Shown: positions 46,685 to 55,235 of the stretch, piece after piece
How the letters are laid out: each line of letters starts with the position of its first letter
Position numbering within the stretch: position 1 is the first letter of the stretch
From: Candidatus Pacearchaeota archaeon
GTDB lineage: Archaea > Nanobdellota > Nanobdellia > Pacearchaeales > GW2011-AR1
Assembly (NCBI GenBank): GCA_040879805.1
Contig: JBBDJP010000006.1
Span: 3,699 to 67,698, forward strand
Direction of reading: 5' to 3'
DNA: 64,000 nucleotides
Program-made: the position numbers and the translations under genes
Notes under the pieces: generated by a model
What the model saw: the letters and a program-made list of their open reading frames with translations, nothing else
The model's database searches: none
Told to the model about the DNA's origin: nothing

Positions 46685-46738
46685 GTAGGGGGGGTCAACT
46701 TCGGTTGATGAGGATACTTCGGTATCTTTTCCTCCTAC
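46685..46738 (+). ncRNA. unclassified structured small RNA candidate (two UUCG hairpins in a closing stem)
   Basis: GTAGGGGG(46685-92)...CCTCCTAC(46731-38) is an 8-bp closing stem with one G-U. It encloses TCAAC-TTCG-GTTGA (46695-46708) and GATAC-TTCG-GTATC (46713-46726). The element is GC-rich in an AT-rich spacer, and T-runs follow at ~46763-46782. The 3' end is uncertain. Confidence 0.4.
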
Positions 46739-46884
46739 ACTAATATTCTTAAAAATTATTTTTCTTTATTCTTTTTGGTAAAAATATTCATTTTTTTATT
46801 ATTTTGAAATGAATATATAATATAACTATTTTAGAATTACTACAGAACAATAATCTTTATAAAGTGAAAAACTTCCTTTATAGT

Positions 46885-48180
46885 ATGAAAAATTTCATTA
46901 AGACTGGATTGATTGCTGCAGGAATTTCGTTAGCATCCATATTCAATACAAATTATGCTAATGCACAAAAAACTGATTCTCTTATGAAAGACCTAAAAAT
47001 TTACTCTCAAGAAGATTTAACTGTTACTGGAAAAAGTTTATTCTTAGTTTCAGATTATACTCCTCTTAATCTTTCAGAAGGAGAATATTATGATTTTAAC
47101 GAAAAACTAAATTCATCAGAAGGTGTAAATTATGGTATTATTGATCCTAAAAAACTAAAAGATATTATAAAAAACGATTCTTTAGATTCTGTCCTTAAAA
47201 GAAGATTTGAAAACTTATATGAAAAAGCTAATTTTGACAGTACAAGTTTAAGCAATCTTGAAAAGGTTGTTTCAGACGGAATTATAAATCATGATGAATT
47301 AGAAAATGTTAAATCAGGAGTTTATGGAGTTCATGCTTACAACTCAGAAGAAGGAGTTATTAGATTTATAGATATTCAAAAAAATTCAGATGAATATGAT
47401 ATTTCTGGAGTAGAAAATATTCAATATGATGTAATTGAGGACATTTTGAAAGAAATTGGTAATGAAAATCTTTATGAAGTTCCTAAAGATACTGTGGAAA
47501 AATCAACTTCAAAAGATAAAGAAAAATCTAAAGATATTCTTGAAGAAAAAGTTACAGAATCAGAGAAAAAAGAAGTTCTAAAAGAGACAAAATTGAAAAA
47601 AGAACGGGAGAAAAGGTTAAATTCTAAATTAGGTCTTGAAGCTTCATTTGGAACCAATAATGAATTTGTTTATGGGGCTTTTGTAGATATTCCAGTTACA
47701 AGAAACATAAGTGCAGAAATCTATGCAGACCATTATGCTTTAAGAGGAGATGCAATTCATTCTCAAAATTCTAGCGAAATTACAGAAAGAGAAAAACAAC
47801 TTATTGGTCCAGGAACATATAAAGAAAGAACAGATGAAATAATAACAGATATTAAAGAAAATATTGTTGCCGATTTTGGTGGCGGAATAACCTTCAAATT
47901 AGGAGAAAAAATAAGTCTTCCTTCTAGAGCCGGATTTGGTCTTGTTAAAAAAAATGAAAACCTTGAAGGAAAAAGTACAATAAAATTTGAAAGAAATATG
48001 GAACCTCTTGGAGAAGAATCTGTTATAACAAATACTAAAGAAAACGAAGAATTTAAGGGAGTTTTGACTTTTGGAACAGGTTTAGAATTTAATTTAGGAA
48101 AATTCTCAATTGGGGCTTCTTTCAATAAAGTTGGAGAAAAACAAGGTGGAAGATTAAATATGAGGTACAGATTTAAATGA
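46885..48180 (+). CDS. secreted protein with C-terminal OMP-like amphipathic beta-strand domain
   Basis: Signal peptide (GLIAAGISLASIFNTNYANA-Q) and an acidic/Lys-rich linker. About 190 aa of alternating-hydrophobic strands follow (LGLEASFG, FVYGAFVDIPV, ISAEIYADHYAL, IVADFGGGITFKL, RAGFGLV, GVLTFGTGLEFNL, FSIGASFNKV, GGRLNMRYRFK). The start could be the GTG at 46864. Confidence 0.55.
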   Translation: MKNFIKTGLIAAGISLASIFNTNYANAQKTDSLMKDLKIYSQEDLTVTGKSLFLVSDYTPLNLSEGEYYDFNEKLNSSEGVNYGIIDPKKLKDIIKNDSLDSVLKRRFENLYEKANFDSTSLSNLEKVVSDGIINHDELENVKSGVYGVHAYNSEEGVIRFIDIQKNSDEYDISGVENIQYDVIEDILKEIGNENLYEVPKDTVEKSTSKDKEKSKDILEEKVTESEKKEVLKETKLKKEREKRLNSKLGLEASFGTNNEFVYGAFVDIPVTRNISAEIYADHYALRGDAIHSQNSSEITEREKQLIGPGTYKERTDEIITDIKENIVADFGGGITFKLGEKISLPSRAGFGLVKKNENLEGKSTIKFERNMEPLGEESVITNTKENEEFKGVLTFGTGLEFNLGKFSIGASFNKVGEKQGGRLNMRYRFK

Positions 48181-49655
48181 AATCAAAATTATTAATTATT
48201 CCTTTAATGGTTATCTTCTTTATCTCAATTGTCAGTGCAGCTAGTGTTACTACAAGCCTTTTCTTTGAATCAACAACAGAAGATTCATTCTCAATAAACT
48301 ATGGTGAAGGAGAAGGAATTATAATAAGTGCAGATTCAATTTTTGAACCAAGCATGGATATAACTCTAGAACTTTTAAATAATTCAGGAGATGTTATTGC
48401 TGAAATACTTAATGTAACTACTACAAGTGATTCATATTCCAATTATATCGTTGTTGGACCTGCTATTTATCCATCTCCAGGGGAATACACTCTTATTTCA
48501 ACAGTGGTTGCTGAGGGTGGAGATACAGATACTTCTGAACTTTACTTAACTGTTAGAGAAACAACACCTGAAAACAATGTTCCAATCATATTGTCAACTG
48601 CACCTTCTGAAGTTAATGAAGGCCAAATATATAGTTACAAAGTCACAGCTACTGATGAAGATGGGGATGTATTGACATACTCTTTAACTGAAAATCCTTC
48701 ATGGTTATCAATAGATTCTGAAACTGGTTTGATTTCTGGGACTGCTCCTGAAGTTGATGAAGATTATCAGTTTATTGTGACTGTAGAAGTTTCAGATGGA
48801 AAAGATTCAACAACACAAACATTCACAATTGATGTTCTTGATACTGAAACATCTGAAAACAATGTTCCTGTTTCCGAAAATTTAAGTGTTGTAACAGACT
48901 TTGAAACAGCTGTAACCATTGCTCTTGAAGCTACTGATGAAGATGGGGATGTATTGGTTTTTGAAATAGTTGAGGGCCCTAATGATGGATCCTTATCTAG
49001 TTTTGATTCTAATGAAGGAACTGTGACATACACTCCTGATACAGATTTTTCAGGTCCTGACACATTCACATTTAGAACAAATGATGGTGAAGATTATAGT
49101 AATGTTGCAACAGTTTCAATAACTGTGAATTCTGAAAATGTTGATGAAAATAATGCTCCGGAAATTACTTCTAATCCTTTAACTGAGATTAATGAAAGTG
49201 AATTTTATGAGTATCAAATTATTGCTGAAGATGAAGATGGGGATGTATTGACATACTCTTTAACTGAAAATCCTTCATGGTTATCAATAGATTCTGAAAC
49301 TGGTTTGATTTCTGGGACTGCTCCTGAAGTTGAAGAAAATACTGAGTTTAGTGTAAGAGTTATGGTTTCGGACGGAGAGGATGTGGATGATCAAAGTTTT
49401 AATGTAACGGTGTTTGATGTTTTTGAGGATGATGAAAAACCTAAAAGGAAGAAATCTACTCAAGAAAAAGAAGGTCCAATAATTTTTGAAGATGAAGATG
49501 ATTTTACTCCAAGAATTTATGATGATCCTATTGATTTGACTGGTGAAGAAAAAAGCTTTTTTAATGAGAATACCTTGATTTGGATGGTTCTTATTATTTT
49601 GGCTGTCTTGATCGCCATTGTGACAGTATATCTTTCAAGATATTTGGAATATTAA
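48177..49655 (+). CDS. surface adhesin-like protein with three cadherin/dystroglycan-type Ig-like repeats and a C-terminal TM anchor
   Basis: Signal peptide. Repeats contain ...ATDEDGDVLTYSL(T)ENPSWLSIDSETGLISGTAPEV... (x2) and ...ATDEDGDVLVFEIVEGPNDGSL...TYTPDTDFSGPDTFTFRTNDG... The C-terminal TM is LIWMVLIILAVLIAIVTVYL. The start overlaps the upstream stop (ATGA). Confidence 0.7.
   Translation: MKSKLLIIPLMVIFFISIVSAASVTTSLFFESTTEDSFSINYGEGEGIIISADSIFEPSMDITLELLNNSGDVIAEILNVTTTSDSYSNYIVVGPAIYPSPGEYTLISTVVAEGGDTDTSELYLTVRETTPENNVPIILSTAPSEVNEGQIYSYKVTATDEDGDVLTYSLTENPSWLSIDSETGLISGTAPEVDEDYQFIVTVEVSDGKDSTTQTFTIDVLDTETSENNVPVSENLSVVTDFETAVTIALEATDEDGDVLVFEIVEGPNDGSLSSFDSNEGTVTYTPDTDFSGPDTFTFRTNDGEDYSNVATVSITVNSENVDENNAPEITSNPLTEINESEFYEYQIIAEDEDGDVLTYSLTENPSWLSIDSETGLISGTAPEVEENTEFSVRVMVSDGEDVDDQSFNVTVFDVFEDDEKPKRKKSTQEKEGPIIFEDEDDFTPRIYDDPIDLTGEEKSFFNENTLIWMVLIILAVLIAIVTVYLSRYLEY
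48654..48757 (+). repeat. 104-bp perfect direct repeat, copy 1 (inside the adhesin gene)
   Basis: GATGAAGATGGGGATGTATTGACATACTC...CTCCTGAAGTTGA is identical to 49230-49333 in my base-by-base comparison. Confidence 0.9.
49230..49333 (+). repeat. 104-bp perfect direct repeat, copy 2
   Basis: Identical to 48654-48757 and in the same reading frame, 576 bp downstream. Confidence 0.9.
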
Positions 49656-49689
49656 TTAAATTTTTAATATCTTTTTTCCTTAAAACCTT

Positions 49690-50415
49690 ATGGATATAAA
49701 CAGAGGAAACAAAAAAGACTTGATTCTTATTGTTTCTCTTATTTTCATTTTGTTTATTTTAAATTATAATTCTCTAGATAATGCTTTGGAAAATTTTCTT
49801 GAAAATGCGCAAACAGAAATTATTTCTGTTGATAGAATCATTGATGGAGATACAATTGAGAGTAATGGTACTAGCATAAGATTATTAGGGATTAATTCTC
49901 CTGAAAGAGGCGAACCTTATTTTAATGAAGCTAAAAACTTTTTAGAAGAACTTATTTTTAATGAAACAATCCAGTTGGAATTTGTAGGACAAAAACAAGA
50001 TAAATATTACAGAAGTTTGGGATACCTTCACTACAAGGGAGAAAACATAAACATCAAAATGGTTGAAAACGGGTTGGCAAATTATTATTTTTTTGATGGT
50101 AGAGATAAGTATTCTGATGATCTGGAAATTGCATGGAATTCTTGTTTGGAAAAAGAAATTAATTTATGTAAACCATCCGAACATATTTGCTCAGAGTGTA
50201 TTGAAATTAATGGAGATAGAATCATAAATCAATGTGGCTTTAGTTGTAATATTAATGGTTGGGAAATAAAAAGTGAAGGCCGAGATAAGGTTGTTTTAAA
50301 TGGAACTCTTGGAATTGATGAAGGCCGTGAGTTTGATTTAGATCTATCTGATTCAGGTGGTAGTTTGTTTTTGCGAGATGCTGAAGGGGGGTTAGTTTCT
50401 TGGAAGAATGGTTAA
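49690..50415 (+). CDS. membrane-anchored/secreted staphylococcal-nuclease-like (SNase) protein with C-terminal lamin-tail-like domain
   Basis: N-terminal TM. The SNase core is VDRIIDGDTIE...IRLLGINSPERGEPYFNEAKNFL...DKYYRSLGYL...NIKMVENGLA. The C-terminus is NGWEIKSEGRDKVVLNG...GGSLFLRDAEGGLVSW (LTD-like). Confidence 0.8.
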   Translation: MDINRGNKKDLILIVSLIFILFILNYNSLDNALENFLENAQTEIISVDRIIDGDTIESNGTSIRLLGINSPERGEPYFNEAKNFLEELIFNETIQLEFVGQKQDKYYRSLGYLHYKGENINIKMVENGLANYYFFDGRDKYSDDLEIAWNSCLEKEINLCKPSEHICSECIEINGDRIINQCGFSCNINGWEIKSEGRDKVVLNGTLGIDEGREFDLDLSDSGGSLFLRDAEGGLVSWKNG

Positions 50416-50441
50416 ATCCTTCTTCACCCCAACAAAAACCC

Positions 50442-50448
50442 TTAAATA
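50442..50448 (+). promoter_or_regulatory. TATA-like box for the SRP RNA gene
   Basis: AAACCCTTAAATACT lies ~25 nt upstream of the first paired base of the RNA. Confidence 0.4.
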
Positions 50449-50467
50449 CTCTTTTTTATCCTTATTT

Positions 50468-50730
50468 ATGTAGACCAGGTTGGCGGGATAGTCCTCCGCT
50501 GCTTGCAAACGGACTTCATGGCAGACTGCAAGGAAGGGCGTGATGGATGAACTGAAAAGTCCTTGTTCGGACGTTGACGTTTTGTCCGCTTCGATCTTGC
50601 AGATGCGAAACGGGTCAGGCCTTGATCGGAGCAGCCCTAAACATTTGTTAAGGTGCTTAGCGGGTCGCAGAACTGAGGAAGAATAAGGGTCACTTTTTTG
50701 GGATTCTTAAGCAAACTTCCGGGTCTACAT
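50468..50730 (+). ncRNA. ffs: probable signal recognition particle (7S) RNA
   Basis: This is the only long GC-rich non-coding stretch. The ends pair (ATGTAGACC 50468-76 with GGTCTACAT 50722-30). It contains GGGTCAGGCC..(loop)..GGAGCAGCC, resembling the conserved helix-8 motif GGUCAGGxCC-GNAR-GGAAGCAGCC. A T-run follows. I could not complete the secondary structure by hand. Confidence 0.55.
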
Positions 50731-50788
50731 ATTTTAATTTTTGAAGGGAACACCAAACATTAATAAAATACTTTTTCTAATTCTATCT

Positions 50789-51343
50789 ATGAAAAAAGAG
50801 GTTAAGATTAGAAATCTCCTTATTGAAAAAAGAGGTCAGTATTATCTAATCTCAGCTATCATTTTAGGAGTTTTAATTATAGGCATTGTAGCTGTTTCTA
50901 ACTACCTTGAGAGAGGATCTTCTGAAAATATTAACAATCTAGAAGAAGAAATAAAAATAGAAAGTGCAAATGTTTTAGATTATAGTTTAAATCAAGGACA
51001 AAACTTTGAAAGTTTTCATAATACGATGTTAGATTTTACACAAAAGTATATAGAATATTATGGTTCAGATATGGATATCTATTTTTTATTTGGAAGTAAT
51101 TCTAATATGACTCTCAAAGGAGTTCAAAATGTTGATAAAACAATTACACTAATATCTGGAGAAAATAGTGTTGGAGTTACATCTGAAAAAGGGCAATTTT
51201 TAGGAAGTATTAATCCTAGTGGTGAAGAAATTTCATTAGAAATTGAAGAAATAAAATATGATTTTAATTTAAATACTGAAAGGAACTTTAATTTTGTTCT
51301 AGCAGAAAGAGTTTCTGGAAATGAATATATAATCTCTGGATAA
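50789..51343 (+). CDS. type IV pilin-like protein (class III signal peptide)
   Basis: MKKEVKIRNLLIEKRGQ-YYLISAIILGVLIIGIVAV has a basic stretch, then G/Q, then a hydrophobic helix. The start is trimmed from the TTG at 50741. Confidence 0.55.
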   Translation: MKKEVKIRNLLIEKRGQYYLISAIILGVLIIGIVAVSNYLERGSSENINNLEEEIKIESANVLDYSLNQGQNFESFHNTMLDFTQKYIEYYGSDMDIYFLFGSNSNMTLKGVQNVDKTITLISGENSVGVTSEKGQFLGSINPSGEEISLEIEEIKYDFNLNTERNFNFVLAERVSGNEYIISG

Positions 51344-51344
51344 A

Positions 51345-51905
51345 ATGAATAAACAAAAAAATAAAATATATCTTGATAAGAAAGGAATAAGTCCTATGAT
51401 AGCTTATATACTTCTTGTGGTTTTTGCGATCATAATTGGTGCAATAGTTTTTCAATGGCTTGAAACATTCGTTCCTGCTGAAAATTTACAATGTCCTGAG
51501 GGAACATCTATCTTAATTAGTGAGGCAACACTTAATTCAAGTAATTCTGAACTTAAAGTAAGATTAAGAAATAATGGAAGATTTAATATTGTGGGATATT
51601 TTATCCATATTACAAATGAATCTGAAGAAGAACTTCCCACAATAGATATTTCAGATGAACTAGATTCAGGGGAATCTTCTGGAAATCCCATAAATTCTAG
51701 TGGAGCAATCTTCTTTAGGGGGGGACAAGAAAATCCATTTAGTCCTGGAGGACAAGAATTACATATTTTTGATCTATCTGGTTCAGGAATAGGAACTCCT
51801 TATCTATTAAGTATTACACCTACAAGACAACAAGAACACGATGGAGTTTCAAGACTTGTCAGCTGTGGAAGATCAAGAAGAACAACATCTGTAGAAATAG
51901 TCTAA
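51345..51905 (+). CDS. archaeal type IV pilin (N-terminal KGISPxIA motif)
   Basis: DKKGISPMIAYILLVVFAIIIGAIVFQW is the archaeal pilin N-terminal domain signature. Confidence 0.75.
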   Translation: MNKQKNKIYLDKKGISPMIAYILLVVFAIIIGAIVFQWLETFVPAENLQCPEGTSILISEATLNSSNSELKVRLRNNGRFNIVGYFIHITNESEEELPTIDISDELDSGESSGNPINSSGAIFFRGGQENPFSPGGQELHIFDLSGSGIGTPYLLSITPTRQQEHDGVSRLVSCGRSRRTTSVEIV

Positions 51906-51967
51906 TATGAGAATTAATCGTAAATGTTAAGTTTTATAAATTTAATAAAACTAATAAAAAAGTGAAA

Positions 51968-52447
51968 ATGAGAAAAATAAAAAATTCAAAAAAAGGGGTT
52001 TCTCCAATCATAGCCACAGTTCTTTTGGTAGCGATTGTAGTTATCATAGGTCTAATAATATTTTTGTGGTTTAGAAGTCTTACTGAGGAAGCAGTAACAA
52101 AATTTGGAGGTCAAAATATACAATTGGTTTGTGAAGATGTTGAATTTTTAGTGAGTTATTCTTCTTCAGGAATTTTTTCCATTTCTAATACTGGAAATGT
52201 CCCAATAAATAATATTAATTTGGAAATCTCTGAAGGAAGAGACCATAGAACTAAAAGTCTCTCCGAGTTATCTGATGACTGGTCTACGCTTGGTTTGCGA
52301 CAAGGAGAAAGTTTCTCTGGAGATCTAAGTGAGGAATTTTCTGAAGCAGATGAAGTGTTTGCAATACCTGTCTTAATGGGAACTTCTGAAAGTGGTGAAA
52401 AACCACATGTTTGTGAAGAAAGACATGGAAAAGAGGTTTCAATCTAA
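51968..52447 (+). CDS. archaeal type IV pilin
   Basis: SKKGVSPIIATVLLVAIVVIIGLIIFLW. The start is the ATG at 51968 (the track uses the GTG at 51962). Confidence 0.75.
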   Translation: MRKIKNSKKGVSPIIATVLLVAIVVIIGLIIFLWFRSLTEEAVTKFGGQNIQLVCEDVEFLVSYSSSGIFSISNTGNVPINNINLEISEGRDHRTKSLSELSDDWSTLGLRQGESFSGDLSEEFSEADEVFAIPVLMGTSESGEKPHVCEERHGKEVSI

Positions 52448-52462
52448 ATTCCTGGTTAAGAA

Positions 52463-53002
52463 ATGGTAAACAAAAAACCTTATGTTTTAAAAATTAAAAA
52501 TACAAAAGGTCTTTCTGTAGTCATAGGAACTGTTCTTTTAATTGCCTTAACTCTTTTTATTGTAGCAATTGTTTGGGGAATAATAAATAATATTGTCCAA
52601 AGCGAAACAGAAGGAGCGAGTGCATGTTTTGGATCTTTTGAAGAAGTTAAACTTAACCAAAGATTTACATGTTATAATTCTTCTGGAAAAGAATTGCATT
52701 TTTCAATAAATGTTAAGGAAGTTGATTTAGATGGAATTTTGGTGGCAATCTCAATTGAAGGGAGTAGCATAAATTTTGAACTTGAAGAGGAAAGTTCTTC
52801 TATAGAAAATTTGAGAATGTATAGTGGAGGAGAAGTTTCTGCTCCTGGAAAAAATTCAGGTCTTACATATATATTTGATCTTGGAAGTGCGGGTTTTGAA
52901 GAATCTCCAGATACGATAAGAATAGCACCAAAAATTGACGGGATTCAATGTGAAGTATCAGATACTATTACAGAATTTGAATCTTGCTCATCTCTGAACT
53001 AA
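52463..53002 (+). CDS. archaeal type IV pilin
   Basis: NTKGLSVVIGTVLLIALTLFIVAIVW is present. Confidence 0.7.
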   Translation: MVNKKPYVLKIKNTKGLSVVIGTVLLIALTLFIVAIVWGIINNIVQSETEGASACFGSFEEVKLNQRFTCYNSSGKELHFSINVKEVDLDGILVAISIEGSSINFELEEESSSIENLRMYSGGEVSAPGKNSGLTYIFDLGSAGFEESPDTIRIAPKIDGIQCEVSDTITEFESCSSLN

Positions 53003-53049
53003 AAAGAAAAATATTAAAACACATTCTGTTTAAGTTTATAGTAATCATT

Positions 53050-53607
53050 ATGATAATGAAAAAGAAAAAGGTGATTTTTTTGAAAAATAAAAAAGGGCAA
53101 ATTTGGATAGAAACAATAATCTATACTCTTATAGCCTTTGCTTTAATAGGCCTTGTTCTAGCTTTTGTAAAACCTGAAATAGAAGAAATTCAGGATAAAG
53201 GATTTATTGAGAGATCTATAGATGCTTTAAAGGAAATTGATTTTATAATTAACACAATAGGAGAGCCTGGAAACCAGAGAGTCATAGGTCTTGGAATTAA
53301 TAAAGGTTCATTTAACATAGATGGTGAAAATAATACTCTCTTCTTTGAAATTGAGAGTAGACACGAATACAGTGAACCTGGAGAGGATATAATTGATGGG
53401 AATGTGATAATTACTACTGAAGAAGTATCTGGAATAAGCATGGTTACTCTTAAAATAAACTACACTGAAAGATATAATATAACTTTTGATGGAAAAGAAA
53501 CCTCTAAAAGAATCTCTCAATCTCCAACCCCTTACAGCATACTTATAGCAAATAATGGAAAAGATGATCAAAACAAAACTATTATTAATCTGAATGTAGT
53601 AGATTAA
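53050..53607 (+). CDS. type IV pilin-like protein with Glu at +5
   Basis: MIMKKKKVIFLKNKKG-QIWIETIIYTLIAFALIGLVLAF. If cleavage follows the Gly, Glu is at +5, as in bacterial T4 pilins/pseudopilins. The start is trimmed from the TTG at 52984. Confidence 0.6.
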   Translation: MIMKKKKVIFLKNKKGQIWIETIIYTLIAFALIGLVLAFVKPEIEEIQDKGFIERSIDALKEIDFIINTIGEPGNQRVIGLGINKGSFNIDGENNTLFFEIESRHEYSEPGEDIIDGNVIITTEEVSGISMVTLKINYTERYNITFDGKETSKRISQSPTPYSILIANNGKDDQNKTIINLNVVD

Positions 53608-53622
53608 ATAAAAAAGATAAAA

Positions 53623-55173
53623 ATGGCTAAACAAACAATACAAGATTACCCAAGAGTGCCCATAAATTTCTCTCCACAAATTCCTCCTTTAAAAAAAGTT
53701 AAAGATAAAACTAAGATTGATGTTAGATATTGTGTAATTGCTCCCTATGCTTATATACACATTTATTGGGATCCTAAAATATATGAAGTTGTCTGTGAAA
53801 TAGAAGAACCAAAACTTAACGAAGCTGAGGTAGCTTATAGGGAGCAAATTCTTACTGCAATGAGGGATATGATTGATTTTGATACTGTTGTTGAAAAAGA
53901 TATAGAAAAACTCTTAGAATATATAGATAAAAGGTTTAAGATAATTGCTTTTGAACTTGGAATAAATATGTCTTATGAAACTTACAAAAAAATATACTAT
54001 TATCTTGTTAGGGATTTCCTTGGATTTAATGAAATAGATCCTTTACTTAGAGATTATTTTGTGGAAGATATTGAATGTAATGGTGCTGGAGGCCCAGTTT
54101 ATGTTGTTCACCGTGTTTTCAGAAACCTAAAAACAAATCTTGTTTTTCAAGACATGGACCGTCTTGAAAGTTTTGTTGAAAAGCTAGCTCAACGGTCTGG
54201 AAAGCACATTTCTTACGCATCTCCTATCCTTGATGGAAGTTTACCTGATGGAAGTCGAGTAAATGCAACTTACACTAAAGATATAACTTCTAAAGGACCT
54301 ACATTTACTATAAGAAAGTTCACAAAAACTCCTTGGACCCCTCCACAATTAATCTCTTTCAGAACTCTAAGTCCCGAAATGTTAGCATATTTATGGATCC
54401 TTATTCAATATGATATGAACATCTTAATAACTGGCGGAACCTCTTCTGGAAAAACCACTTTACTTAATGCTATTGGATTTTTTATACCGCCTGAAGCAAG
54501 AGTTGTTTCAATTGAAGATACTCGAGAAATTAATCTTCCAAGAGAAAACTGGCTTCCGAGCGTTGTTCGTGGGGCAATTGGGACTGGAAATGTTGGAGAA
54601 ATTGATTTATTCGCACTTCTTAAAAGCTCATTCAGACAGAATCCTGATTATGTTATTGTAGGAGAAGTTCGTGGAAAGGAAGCTTATGTTCTCTTCCAGG
54701 GAATGGCTTCAGGACACTCTTCTGTAAGTACAATGCACGCAGACTCTGTAGACACTGTTATAAAAAGACTTGAAACTCCTCCAATTGAGCTATCTCCAAC
54801 TTTGTTAAATGTTCTTGACTGTGTTTGTATCATGACTCACGCCAGAGTTAAAAATCAAGAAACTAGAAAGGTTAAAGAAATTGTTGAAATAATAAATATA
54901 ACAAATGAGGGAATTGCCATGACAAATACTCCTTTTGTATGGAATCCTAATGAAGATCAATTTTACTTTAAAAAAAATAGCAAAATTTTTGAGAAAATTT
55001 CTAAAAGATTTGGATTAACAATGGAAGAACTACAAACTGAATTCAGAAGAAGATCTCAGATAATTTACAAGGCACATGAACAAAAAATCTATGAATTCCA
55101 AAAATTCCAAGACTTAATTACTCAATATTATAAAAAACCTGAAGAAGTCCTTAAAAAATTAGGGATAGAGTGA
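53623..55173 (+). CDS. type IV filament assembly ATPase (FlaI/ArlI-PilB/VirB11 superfamily)
   Basis: Walker A ITGGTSSGKTTLLNA, Asp box SIEDTREI, Walker B DYVIVGEVRG and His box GHSSVSTMHA are present. Confidence 0.9.
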   Translation: MAKQTIQDYPRVPINFSPQIPPLKKVKDKTKIDVRYCVIAPYAYIHIYWDPKIYEVVCEIEEPKLNEAEVAYREQILTAMRDMIDFDTVVEKDIEKLLEYIDKRFKIIAFELGINMSYETYKKIYYYLVRDFLGFNEIDPLLRDYFVEDIECNGAGGPVYVVHRVFRNLKTNLVFQDMDRLESFVEKLAQRSGKHISYASPILDGSLPDGSRVNATYTKDITSKGPTFTIRKFTKTPWTPPQLISFRTLSPEMLAYLWILIQYDMNILITGGTSSGKTTLLNAIGFFIPPEARVVSIEDTREINLPRENWLPSVVRGAIGTGNVGEIDLFALLKSSFRQNPDYVIVGEVRGKEAYVLFQGMASGHSSVSTMHADSVDTVIKRLETPPIELSPTLLNVLDCVCIMTHARVKNQETRKVKEIVEIINITNEGIAMTNTPFVWNPNEDQFYFKKNSKIFEKISKRFGLTMEELQTEFRRRSQIIYKAHEQKIYEFQKFQDLITQYYKKPEEVLKKLGIE

Positions 55174-55235
55174 TCCATAATAACATTTTATCTTCAAAAA
55201 GAAAAATTTAATAACAAAGATTATCTTTTAAGATT

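Noticed and set aside
46503-46688. A 61-aa ORF spanning the tRNA-Leu gene.
   Set aside because: It reads straight through a clean tRNA cloverleaf, so it is an artefact of ORF calling.
46704-46712. TTGATGAGG inside the twin-hairpin RNA as a C box of a C/D box sRNA.
   Set aside because: No CUGA D box or C'/D' pair lies at a suitable distance, and the sequence is buried in a stem.
48654-49333. The 104-bp perfect repeats as ends of a mobile element.
   Set aside because: Both copies are in frame inside homologous protein modules of one gene. They are direct rather than inverted repeats and enclose no transposase. Domain duplication or gene conversion explains them.
50468-50730. The GC-rich RNA as RNase P RNA, because of GAAAAGTCC and GCAGAAC strings reminiscent of CR-I/CR-V.
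   Set aside because: - The order and pairing partners needed for P4 are not present. GCTTAG precedes CAGAAC, and there is no GGCUUA after it.
- The GGTCAGG...AGCAGCC pair fits SRP helix 8 better.
- I keep it as an alternative to be tested by covariance models.
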